From NCBI GenBank assembly GCA_030147805.1, contig JASBUR010000031.1, forward strand, positions 99,518 to 163,517: a stretch of 64,000 nucleotides of DNA. Reading direction: 5' to 3'. This DNA comes from Sphingomonadaceae bacterium (lineage in GTDB: Bacteria; Pseudomonadota; Alphaproteobacteria; Sphingomonadales; Sphingomonadaceae). Under the pieces are notes generated by a model. That model was not told the DNA's origin. It ran no database searches and was given only the letters and a program-made list of their open reading frames with translations. Shown piece after piece: positions 44,847-54,614 of the stretch. Made by a program: the position numbers and the translations under genes. The first letter of the stretch is position 1. Each line of letters begins with the position of its first letter.

Positions 44847-46057
44847 CCGAAGATCCTGACTATTTTCTCGATGCCGGCGGCGAGCCGGCCGACGTCCTCG
44901 TCGATGTTGTAGATGCCGAAGCTCGCGCGTGCCGTCGCCGGGACCCCCAGCGTCTCCATCAGCGGCTGCGCGCAATGATGGCCGGCGCGGATCGCGATCC
45001 CCGCCTCGTCCAATATGGTGCCGATGTCGTGCGGATGCACCCCGTCCATCGCGAACGACACGATTCCCGCCGAATCCTCGGGGCCGAACAGCCGGATCGA
45101 ATTGAAGCTGCGCAGCATGTCGCGCGCCGCGCGCCCCAGCGCCTCCTCGTGACGCGCGATGCGCTCGAGCCCGATCGATTCGACATAGTCGATGGCGGCG
45201 GCGAGCCCGAGCGCGCCGACGATGTGCGGCGTTCCCGCCTCGAAGCGCGCTGGCGGCGGCGCATAGGTGGTGCGCGCGAAGCTCACCGTCTCGATCATCG
45301 CGCCGCCGCCATGCCAGGGCGGCATGTCGGCGAGGACGTCGCCGTACGCCCACAGCACGCCGATGCCGGTCGGGCCGTAGAGCTTGTGCCCCGAGAAGGT
45401 GTAGAAGTCGCAGCCGAGCGCCTGCACGTCGACGGCGAGCCGCGGCGCCGCCTGGCAACCGTCGACCAGCAGCTTCGCGCCGACGGCATGCGCGGCCTTG
45501 GCGACGCGCGCGACGTCGGCGATGCTGCCGAGCACGTTCGAGACATGCGCGATCGACACGAGCCTGGTCCGCGGCGTCAGCAGCGCCTCGAGCGCGTCGA
45601 GGTCGATGCGGTGATCCTCGGTCAGCGGCGCGACGTCGATCTCGATGCCGGCGCGGTCGCGCAGCAGCTGCCACGGCACGATGTTGGAGTGGTGTTCGAG
45701 CGCCGAGATGAGGATGCGATCGCCCGGCTGCAGCCGCCGGCCCCAGCTCTGCGCGACGAGGTTGATCGCCTCGGTGGCGCCGCGCACGAAGACGATCTCG
45801 TCGGGCGACGCGGCCCCGATGAAGCGCGCCACGCGCTCGCGCGCGGCCTCATAGGCCTCGGTCATCGAGGCCGAGCGCGCATAGACGCCGCGGTGGACGG
45901 TCGCATAGTCGGTCGCATAGGCGCGGGTGATCGCGTCGATCACGACCTGCGGCTTCTGCGCGGTGGCGGCCGAATCGAGATAGCTCCAGCCCTTGATCGC
46001 CGGAAAATCGCCGCGGCGGTCGAAGGTCGCGGGCAGGATGGCGGCGGGGGCGTTCAT
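44843..46057 (-). CDS. sufS: cysteine desulfurase SufS
   Basis: Contains YLDSAATAQKP, SGHKLYGPTGIGVL (PLP Lys), RAGHHCAQP (active-site Cys) and the ALEHHSN context. ATGA overlap with sufD. Confidence 0.93.
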   Translation of the reverse strand: MNAPAAILPATFDRRGDFPAIKGWSYLDSAATAQKPQVVIDAITRAYATDYATVHRGVYARSASMTEAYEAARERVARFIGAASPDEIVFVRGATEAINLVAQSWGRRLQPGDRILISALEHHSNIVPWQLLRDRAGIEIDVAPLTEDHRIDLDALEALLTPRTRLVSIAHVSNVLGSIADVARVAKAAHAVGAKLLVDGCQAAPRLAVDVQALGCDFYTFSGHKLYGPTGIGVLWAYGDVLADMPPWHGGGAMIETVSFARTTYAPPPARFEAGTPHIVGALGLAAAIDYVESIGLERIARHEEALGRAARDMLRSFNSIRLFGPEDSAGIVSFAMDGVHPHDIGTILDEAGIAIRAGHHCAQPLMETLGVPATARASFGIYNIDEDVGRLAAGIEKIVRIFG

Positions 46058-47165
46058 GCCGCCCCCCGCAGCCAGCCGACCGCGTCGGCGGTGACCGCGG
46101 CGCGGACCAGCTCCTCGCCGACCGTCGCGAGTGCGTCGCTGATAAAGCTCTCGGTGAGCAGCGCGCGCGCCTCGGCGGGCGGCACGCCGCGGCTGGCGAG
46201 GTAGAAGAGCGCGTCCTTCGACAGCTCGCCGACGGTCGCGCCGTGCGCGCACTTGACGTCGTCGGCGAAGATCTCGAGCTCGGGCTTGGAATTGACCGTC
46301 GCGGTGCGCGTCATCAGCAGCGCCTTCACCGATTGTTCGGCGTCGGTCTGCTGCGCCGGCCGCGCCACCTCGATCTTGCCGGCGAACGACAGCGTCGACT
46401 GGTCGTCGGCGACCGAGCGCCAGGTCTGGCGGCTCGACCCGCCCGGCGCATCATGGGTGATACGGTTGACGACGTCGTAGGTCTGGCGTTCGCGGCCGAG
46501 CAGGATGCCGTCGAGGCTGGCGAAGGCGCCGGCGCCGTGCAGCCGCGCCTGGCTCTCGATGCGGACATTCTCGGCATGCGCGAGCAGGCTGGTCGACATG
46601 TAGCTCGCGCCCTGGCCGACGCCGGCGTGCAGCGTCTCGGTATGGACGCCGCCCGCGCCGAGCCGGCGGACGGTCCGCATCAGCCGCGCGCCGGTCGCCA
46701 GATCGACGTCGACCGCGACGTTGGTCCAGCTGTCGGGCGCGCCGACATAGGTCTCGACGATCGACGCCTGCGCGTCGACGGCGAGGCTCAGCCGGTGGTG
46801 GAGATGCGCCGGCCCGCCGGTCGCGACATGGACGAGCTGGATCGGGCCACGGGTAGCATGCTCGGCGCCGAGCCGCAGCGTCGCGCCGACCGCGCCGCGC
46901 GTCAGCCGCGACAGCACATGCGCCTCGTCGCCGCCCGAGGTCTCGATCGTCAGCTGCTGCGGGTCGCTGCCCGCGGCGCAGTAGCGGCCGTCGACGAACA
47001 GCAGCACCGGCCCGGCGACGCCGTCGATCAGCCAGCCGCGGGGGTCGGGCGCCGCGTCGTTGGCGTGGCCGGCCAGCGCCGCGTCGATCGCCGACAGGTC
47101 GGTCCAGCGCCATTGTTCGTGGCGCCGGCCGGGCAGGCCGATGGCGTCAAGGCTGAGCGGCTGGC

Positions 47166-47169
<4 letters not shown>
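46054..47169 (-). CDS. sufD: Fe-S cluster assembly protein SufD
   Basis: GTGA overlap with sufC. C-terminal region contains PELEIFADDVKCAHGATVGELSKDALFYLASRG. Confidence 0.85.
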
Positions 47170-47905
<736 letters not shown>

Positions 47906-47909
<4 letters not shown>

Positions 47910-48301
47910 TCGGCCTTCTGGCTGGGGAGCGCGCGGCTCACATAGGCGGCGATCGCATCGCTGCGGATCTGCGGCTCCAATTGCTGGATCGACGCCTCGG
48001 CGACCATCGCGGTCCGCTCGGGGGTGAAGCTGGGGTTGCCGAGCGCGTGGAATTTCTCGATCGCGGTGGCGAGCGCCTCGCGCCGCGGCGCGCAGTCGCG
48101 CACCACCTGCGCCACGACCAGCCCGGGCGACTCGCCGAGCGGCGCCGCCTCGGCGCCCTTCACGACGCAATCGGCATAGGCGAGCGTCTCGGCGTCGACG
48201 CGCTTGCGCGCCTCGGGCCCCGCGACCGGGGCGCGCGGCGGCGGCTCGCAGGCGGCGAGCGCGAACAGCGCGATGAGCGGGAGCGTGCGCACGATCATCA
48301 T
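47906..48301 (-). CDS. small lipoprotein embedded between sufB and sufC (131 aa)
   Basis: ATGA overlaps with the sufB stop and the sufC start. Lipobox LFALAAC. Protein-like composition. Confidence 0.55.
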
Positions 48302-49767
48302 CCGACCGATCCTTCCAGGCTGATGCCGAGAAGCTTCTGCGCCTCGACGGCGAATTCCATCGGCAGCTGCTGCAGCACCTCGCGGCAGAAGCCGTTGACG
48401 ATCAGCGCGACCGCCTCCTCGGCGTTGAGGCCACGCGACATGGCGTAGAACAGCTGGTCTTCGCTGATCTTCGAGGTCGTCGCCTCATGCTCGATCTGCG
48501 CCGACGGATTGCGCACCTCGATATAAGGCACGGTGTGCGCGCCGCAGTCGGACGAGAGCAGCAGCGAATCGCATTGCGTATGGTTGCGCACGCCTTCGGC
48601 GGTCGGGCCGACGCGCACCAGCCCGCGATAGGTGTTGTTCGAGCGGCCGGTCGAGATGCCCTTCGAGACGATCGTCGAGCGGCTGTTCCTGCCGAGGTGG
48701 ATCATCTTGGTGCCGGTATCGGCCTGCTGGCGGTTGTTGGTGACCGCCACCGAATAGAATTCGCCGACCGATTCCTCGCCCGACAGCACGCAGGACGGAT
48801 ATTTCCAGGTGATGGCGCTGCCGGTTTCGACCTGCGTCCAGCTCACCTTGCTGCGCTTGCCGGCGCACAGCGCGCGCTTGGTGACGAAATTATAGATGCC
48901 GCCCTTGCCCTCGGCGTCGCCCGGGTACCAGTTCTGCACCGTCGAATATTTGATCTCGGCATCGTCGTGCGCGACCAGCTCGACCACCGCGGCATGCAGC
49001 TGGTTCTCGTCGCGCATCGGCGCGGTGCAGCCCTCAAGATAGGAGACGTAGCTGCCCTCGTCGGCGATGATCAGCGTGCGCTCGAACTGGCCGGTGTTGG
49101 CGGCGTTGATGCGGAAATAGGTCGACAACTCCATCGGGCAGCGCACGCCCTTGGGAACGTAGACGAAGGTGCCGTCGGAGAAGACCGCGGCGTTCAAACA
49201 GGCGAAGTAATTGTCGCGCGGCGGCACCACCATGCCGAGATATTTCTTCACCAGCTCGGGATATTCGCGCACCGCTTCGGAGATCGACAGGAAGATCACC
49301 CCGGCGCGCAGCAGCTCCTCGCGGAAGGTGGTGGCGACCGAGACGCTGTCGAACACCGCGTCGACGGCGATCTTGCGCGCGCCCTCGACGCCGGCGAGCA
49401 CCTTCTGCTCCTCGATCGGGATGCCGAGCTTCTCGTAGGTGCGACGGATTTCGGGGTCGAGCTCGTCCAGCGACTGCAGCGTCGGCTTGGCCTTGGGCGC
49501 CGCATAATAATAGGCGTCCTGATAGTCGATCGGCGCGATCTGCAGCTTCGCCCAGTCGGGACTCTCCAGCTTGAGCCACTGGCGGAACGCCTTCAGCCGC
49601 CAGTCGAGCATCCACTCAGGTTCGTTCTTCTTGGCCGAAATGAACCTGACGACGTCCTCGTTGAGCCCCTTGGGCGCGAAGTCGGACTCGATGTCGGAGC
49701 TGAAGCCCCATTTATAGGTTCCGGTGGCCTCGTCGACCGCGGCGAGCGCTTCCTGGTTGCGGGCCAT
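48298..49767 (-). CDS. sufB: Fe-S cluster assembly scaffold SufB
   Basis: ATG at 49767 ([11 protein letters not shown]...). Contains [32 protein letters not shown] and [15 protein letters not shown]. Confidence 0.95.
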   Translation of the reverse strand: MARNQEALAAVDEATGTYKWGFSSDIESDFAPKGLNEDVVRFISAKKNEPEWMLDWRLKAFRQWLKLESPDWAKLQIAPIDYQDAYYYAAPKAKPTLQSLDELDPEIRRTYEKLGIPIEEQKVLAGVEGARKIAVDAVFDSVSVATTFREELLRAGVIFLSISEAVREYPELVKKYLGMVVPPRDNYFACLNAAVFSDGTFVYVPKGVRCPMELSTYFRINAANTGQFERTLIIADEGSYVSYLEGCTAPMRDENQLHAAVVELVAHDDAEIKYSTVQNWYPGDAEGKGGIYNFVTKRALCAGKRSKVSWTQVETGSAITWKYPSCVLSGEESVGEFYSVAVTNNRQQADTGTKMIHLGRNSRSTIVSKGISTGRSNNTYRGLVRVGPTAEGVRNHTQCDSLLLSSDCGAHTVPYIEVRNPSAQIEHEATTSKISEDQLFYAMSRGLNAEEAVALIVNGFCREVLQQLPMEFAVEAQKLLGISLEGSVG

Positions 49768-49771
49768 ATGC

Positions 49772-50206
49772 TTACGCCTCTTCCAACACGGGAACGGTCT
49801 CGACGCCGGCAAGCTCGGCCAGCGTGACCGCATTCAGCGCCTCGCGCACGGTGCGCGTGACGATGCTCAGATGCGGCTTCACCGCGCAGCCGCCCGAAAT
49901 CGCGCAATCGCTCGTCGTCGCGTCATGCGCGCACGAGGTCAGTGCGATCGGCCCGTCGATCGCTTCGACGATATCGGCGAGGCTGATGTCGCTGGCGGCG
50001 CGCGCCAGCCCGAAGCCGCCGGCGACGCCGCGCGACGAGTCGAGCAGCCCGGCCTTGGCGAGGCTCCCCATCAGCTTGGCGACCGTCGGCACCGGCAGCC
50101 CGGTGGTCGCCGCCACGCTCCCCGCCGACAGCCGCTGATCGCACGCCTTCGCCGCCGCGGTCATCACCACGACGGCATAGTCGGCAAGGTTGGTCAGGCG
50201 GATCAT
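49772..50206 (-). CDS. Rrf2/IscR-family transcriptional regulator (suf operon regulator)
   Basis: Contains [15 protein letters not shown] (Rrf2 N-terminus), an HTH and a Cys-x8-Cys-x5-Cys-x4-His cluster ([22 protein letters not shown]). It lies 4 nt upstream of sufB. Confidence 0.88.
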   Translation of the reverse strand: MIRLTNLADYAVVVMTAAAKACDQRLSAGSVAATTGLPVPTVAKLMGSLAKAGLLDSSRGVAGGFGLARAASDISLADIVEAIDGPIALTSCAHDATTSDCAISGGCAVKPHLSIVTRTVREALNAVTLAELAGVETVPVLEEA

Positions 50207-50406
50207 GCAATACCGGATGAAATTGGTCGGGTTTGATCTAGGGTCGCGCGGGCAGAAGTCAACCGCGGCAATGCCGTCTCCCCGCCGGGGGCGGGTGGGG
50301 TGAGGGGCCGAGCGAAGCGAGCTGCCGGCGCCGGCACTTGCCTGAGGCGGTCGATTTGCCCTTAGATGCCACCGGCCGAGAAAGCCAGCCGCGTGGGGGT
50401 CGCGTC

Positions 50407-51720
50407 ATGTCAGCAGCAGAGGAGCGAGCGGCTCCCGACGTCGGCGCGGCGGTGCGTGCCGCCGAAAGCCGGTCGGCGGCCGTGCTCAGCATCGTCGGAA
50501 TGGCGATCATGGGCGTCGTGCTGTTCTTCATCCAGACGGTGTTCGACCCGATCGTCCGCCCGGCGTGGCGGCTCGACGCGTGGATGATCTACATGCTCGC
50601 CGTCGTCGGCTTCTGGGCGGCGGCGATGCTGGGCTTCCTGCTCCGCCGGCCCGACGACGCCGAGATGGCGCGGCTCTGGAGCCCGATCGGCCGCGCGGCA
50701 CAGACCGGGCTCAACATCGGCATCGCGCTCTGCCCCTGGGTGCTGCTGCCCGCCGCCGACCCGGCGCTGCGTTCGCTGATGATCGTGCTGCTCGTCTGGT
50801 TCGTCGCCACCGAGGTCATGACCAGCAGCCAGGCGACCGCGGTCCCGGTGTGGGAAGTGGTGATGCTGATGGGGTCGACGATCGCCTTCGTGCTGTGGAG
50901 CGGCCAGCCCTATGCCGGCGTGCTCGCCTTCTTCCTGGCGATGATCGGGCTGACGATGCTCGGGCTCAGGAGCCTGGTGCGCCAGACGGCGGTCCGCGCC
51001 ATCGAGGCGAAGATCCTCAGCGAACGCGCCGCGGCGATCACCCGCGCCGAGCGCGACGCCAAGACCCGCTTCATCGCCGCGGCGTCGCACGACCTGCAGC
51101 AGCCGATCCAGGCTGCCAGCCTGTTCTTCGAGCAGGCGCTGGCGGGCGAGCCGGCGGCGTCCGAACGCGCGACGGCGATCGCCGGCGCGCGCGCGGCGTT
51201 CGCGTCGACGCAGGCGCTGATCGGCGACATGCTCGACCATCTGCGGCTCGAGGCCGGCGCGACGGCGGCGCGCGCCGAGCGCGTCGCGCTGGGGCCGCTG
51301 ATCGCCGCGGTGGCGACCGAGCAGGCGCCGGCGGCGCGCGCCGCCGGGCTGCGGATCATCGCGATGCCGTCGCGCCTCGCCGCCACCGCCGACCCGCAGC
51401 TGCTGCGCCGCGCGCTCGGCAACCTCGTCGCCAACGCGGTGCGCCACGCCGGCGGCGAGCGCATCCTGATCGGCGCGCGCGGCGCTGGCGCCACCGTCAC
51501 GCTCTGGGTGATCGACGACGGCGTCGGCATCGCCGCCGCCGATGCCGCGGTGCTGTTCGACGATTATGCGCAGGGGCGAAGCCCCGGTGGCCATCGCGGC
51601 GGCTTCGGGCTCGGGCTGGCATCGGCGCGCCGCTCGCTCGCGCTGATGGGCGGCGCGGCGGCGCATCATCCCCGGTGGGAGTCGGGCGCGGCCTTCTCGC
51701 TGACGCTGCCGCGCGGCTAG
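50407..51720 (+). CDS. membrane sensor histidine kinase (no adjacent response regulator)
   Basis: About 6 N-terminal TM helices, the H-box FIAAASHDLQQPIQ, and HATPase motifs NLVANAVRH, DDGVGI and GGFGLGLA. The start is uncertain (ATG 50407 or upstream). Confidence 0.8.
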   Translation: MSAAEERAAPDVGAAVRAAESRSAAVLSIVGMAIMGVVLFFIQTVFDPIVRPAWRLDAWMIYMLAVVGFWAAAMLGFLLRRPDDAEMARLWSPIGRAAQTGLNIGIALCPWVLLPAADPALRSLMIVLLVWFVATEVMTSSQATAVPVWEVVMLMGSTIAFVLWSGQPYAGVLAFFLAMIGLTMLGLRSLVRQTAVRAIEAKILSERAAAITRAERDAKTRFIAAASHDLQQPIQAASLFFEQALAGEPAASERATAIAGARAAFASTQALIGDMLDHLRLEAGATAARAERVALGPLIAAVATEQAPAARAAGLRIIAMPSRLAATADPQLLRRALGNLVANAVRHAGGERILIGARGAGATVTLWVIDDGVGIAAADAAVLFDDYAQGRSPGGHRGGFGLGLASARRSLALMGGAAAHHPRWESGAAFSLTLPRG

Positions 51721-52073
51721 TCGGCGTATTTCACGATCATCATCGTCGTCGCGATCTGGTCGCCGTCATCGGGCAGCTGGCTCATCACCAGCACGCCATC
51801 GCCGCCGCGCGTCCGGATCTGCCGCGCGACGCTCGCGCTGCCGACGGCATTGCCGCTGAACCGCCCGCTGCCGCGGCGGTCGGTGAGGATGCCGAGGACG
51901 CGGTAGCGGCGCGGCGTCTGGCCCGCGGACCAGAAATCGATGCCGTCCTTGGTGAGCGGGGTACCGCCGGTGCCGGTGTAGACGATGTGCGCGTTGACGT
52001 CCTCCGGCGCCGGCGCTGCGGCGACGGCGGGGATTGCGGCGAGCGCGAGGGCTGCTAGCAGGAGCGGGCGCAT
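51717..52073 (-). CDS. small secreted hypothetical protein (118 aa)
   Basis: ATG at 52073. Signal peptide MRPLLLAALALAAIPAVAAAPA. It shares a palindromic CTAG stop with the convergent kinase gene. Confidence 0.5.
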   Translation of the reverse strand: MRPLLLAALALAAIPAVAAAPAPEDVNAHIVYTGTGGTPLTKDGIDFWSAGQTPRRYRVLGILTDRRGSGRFSGNAVGSASVARQIRTRGGDGVLVMSQLPDDGDQIATTMMIVKYAD

Positions 52074-52175
52074 GGCGTGCCCATCCTGTGGCGGCGCCCC
52101 TCGCTTCGTCAACCGCAGGGAGCCGCTCGGGCTCCGCGGGGTTGAGGACAGCATCAACGAGACAAAGGAACGACG

Positions 52176-52439
52176 ATGGCCGGCAACGCAAGCGAGGCGG
52201 AGTTCGAAAAGCGGGTCGAGGTGCTGAGCGGCGACCTCGTCGAAGTGGTTCGCACGCACCTCGTCCGCGGCGTCCCCGTCGATGCGGTACTCGAGGCGCT
52301 CGCCGCGGTGCTCGGCACCACGATCGCCGGCACGTCCAGCAGCGTCGACGAGCTCGAGCGCAGCCTCGAGATCGCGGCGCTGCGCGTCCAGCAGAGCAGC
52401 GACGACGCCTTCGTGCAGGGCGCGTCGGCGGCGCGCTAG
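52176..52439 (+). CDS. small acidic hypothetical protein (87 aa)
   Basis: aaggaa lies 7 nt before the ATG. GC3-rich codons and non-junk composition. I recognise no family. Confidence 0.4.
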   Translation: MAGNASEAEFEKRVEVLSGDLVEVVRTHLVRGVPVDAVLEALAAVLGTTIAGTSSSVDELERSLEIAALRVQQSSDDAFVQGASAAR

Positions 52440-52500
52440 CGCCGGCGCCGCGCGCGTTCGTGCATTTGCAGTTCAGCCCGCAGCGGCTACTGCTCGCACC

Positions 52501-54387
52501 ATGCGAACGCTTCTCCTTGCCGCGCTGCTCGCCGGCGCCTCGCCGCTCATGGCTCAGACCGCCGCTGCGCCTGCCGCCGCGCCCGCCCCGATCCTGACCA
52601 CGCCCGAGGCGAAGGACGTCTGGACCTACGCCGCCCCCGAAGTCGCGCGGGTGACGCATGTCGATCTCGACCTTGCGGTCGATTTCGCCACGCAGACGCT
52701 CGGCGGCACCGCGACGCTCGATCTGCTCGCGGCGCCGGGGGCGACGGAGATCGTCCTCGACGTCGACGATCTCGACATCGCCTCGATCACCGACGGCGCC
52801 GGCAGGCCGCTCGCCTGGAAGGTCGGCGCCGACGATCCCGAGCTCGGCGCGCCGCTGACGGTGCAGCTCGGCGGCGCGAAGCGGCTCGTCATCGCCTATC
52901 GGACGAAGCCCGGCGCCTCGGCGCTGCAGTGGCTGCCGCCCGAGATGACCGCGGGCAAGAAGCAGCCCTACCTGTTCAGCCAGGGCCAGCCGATCAACAA
53001 CCGCAGCTGGATCCCGACGCAGGACAGCCCCGGCATTCGCCAGACCTGGGCGGCGACGCTGACCGTGCCGGGCGACCTCGTCGCGGTGATGAGCGCCGAG
53101 AAGCTGAGCGGCGACAAGGGCGAGAAGCTGGCGGACGGCCGCCGCCGCTTCGCCTTCAGGATGGACAAGGCGGTCCCGCCCTATCTCATCGCCTTCGCGG
53201 TCGGCGATCTGAAGTTCCGCTCGCTCGGCCCGCGGTCCGGGGTGTGGACCGAGGCGTCGATGCTCGACGCGGCGGCGCGCGAGTTCGCCGACGTCGAGAA
53301 GATGATCGATGCGGCGTCGGCACTCTACGGCCGCTATCGCTGGGGCCGCTACGACATGCTCGTCCTGCCGCCGGCCTTTCCCTATGGCGGCATGGAAAAT
53401 CCGATGTTGACCTTCCTGACGCCGACGATCCTTACCGGCGACCGCTCGAACACCGACGTCGTCGCGCACGAGCTGGCGCACAGCTGGTCGGGCAATCTCG
53501 TCACCAACGCCACCTGGTCCGACTCGTGGCTCAACGAGGGCTTCACCACCTATTTCGAGAACCGGATCATGGAGGCGCTCTACGGCAAGGAGCGCGCCGC
53601 GATGTACGCCGATCTCGACTGGGACGGCATGATCCGCGACATCGCCGCCAACGGCGGCCCGACCGGCGCGGCGACGCGCCTCCACGGCGACCCCGGCGCC
53701 ACCGCCGGCCAGCTCGATTATTTCAAGGGCTCCAATTTCCTGCGGATGATCGAAACGACGGTCGGCCGCGACCGCTGGGACGCCTATCTCAAATCCTATT
53801 TCGACCGCTATGCCTTCCAGCCGCAGACCACTGCCGGCTTCCTCGCCGATCTGCGCGCCCATCTGCTCAACGGCGACAGCGCGCTCGAACTCAAGCTGCA
53901 GCTCGACCGCTGGGCCTATGCCGCGGGGCTGCCCGACAATGCGGTGCGGGTGACGAGCGAGACGCTCGCGGCGATCGACCAGACGCTGGCGGCGTTCAAC
54001 GCCGGCGGGCCCGCGAAGGCGGTCGACACCAGCGGCTGGAGCACGCAGCAATGGCTGCGCTTCCTGCGCGGCATCGAGCGACAGCAGACGCCGGCGCGGC
54101 TGAAGGAGCTCGACGCCGCGCTCGGGCTCTCGGCGTCATCGAACGCCTATGTCCGCTCGGCCTGGCTCGAACTCGCCATCGCCAACCGCTACGAGCCGGC
54201 GCTGCCGGCGCTGCGCCAGTTCGCCGGCGCGGTCGGTCGCGGGCTGCTGATCCGGCCGCTCTACACCGGGCTCATGAAGCAGGGAGAGTGGGGGGCGCCG
54301 ATCGCCCGCGACCTGTTCGAGAAATCGCGCGCCACCTACCATCCGTCGACGGCGGCAGGGATCGAGAAAATCCTGAAGGGCGAGTGA
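52501..54387 (+). CDS. M1 family zinc aminopeptidase (leukotriene A4 hydrolase-like)
   Basis: It has a signal peptide, GGMENPMLTF (GxMEN), VVAHELAHSWSGN (HExxH) and WLNEGFTTY. Confidence 0.9.
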   Translation: MRTLLLAALLAGASPLMAQTAAAPAAAPAPILTTPEAKDVWTYAAPEVARVTHVDLDLAVDFATQTLGGTATLDLLAAPGATEIVLDVDDLDIASITDGAGRPLAWKVGADDPELGAPLTVQLGGAKRLVIAYRTKPGASALQWLPPEMTAGKKQPYLFSQGQPINNRSWIPTQDSPGIRQTWAATLTVPGDLVAVMSAEKLSGDKGEKLADGRRRFAFRMDKAVPPYLIAFAVGDLKFRSLGPRSGVWTEASMLDAAAREFADVEKMIDAASALYGRYRWGRYDMLVLPPAFPYGGMENPMLTFLTPTILTGDRSNTDVVAHELAHSWSGNLVTNATWSDSWLNEGFTTYFENRIMEALYGKERAAMYADLDWDGMIRDIAANGGPTGAATRLHGDPGATAGQLDYFKGSNFLRMIETTVGRDRWDAYLKSYFDRYAFQPQTTAGFLADLRAHLLNGDSALELKLQLDRWAYAAGLPDNAVRVTSETLAAIDQTLAAFNAGGPAKAVDTSGWSTQQWLRFLRGIERQQTPARLKELDAALGLSASSNAYVRSAWLELAIANRYEPALPALRQFAGAVGRGLLIRPLYTGLMKQGEWGAPIARDLFEKSRATYHPSTAAGIEKILKGE

Positions 54388-54575
54388 AGCCCTCTCCCCG
54401 CTGGGGAGAGGCGTGGGTGAGGGGGGCGGGCACGCAACGCGGCCTCACCTGGGCGCAGCGCCGCGCCTCACCCCGCTCGGCTGGTGACGCTCGACGCATT
54501 TCCTGTTGCGTGCACGGGCGCCGCGTAGACTCGCGCCGCCATGAACAGCGCGCCATCCTGGCAACGGTCAGTCCC

Positions 54576-54609
54576 CGGCCGGTCGGCAGGCACCCCTGCC
54601 GACCGGCCG
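54576..54609. terminator. perfect 15-bp GC-rich hairpin immediately 3' of the RTX gene stop; candidate bidirectional terminator
   Basis: The sequence is cggccggtcggcagg-cacc-cctgccgaccggccg. It lies between convergent genes. There is no U-tract. Confidence 0.5.
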
Positions 54610-54614
54610 AGGTC

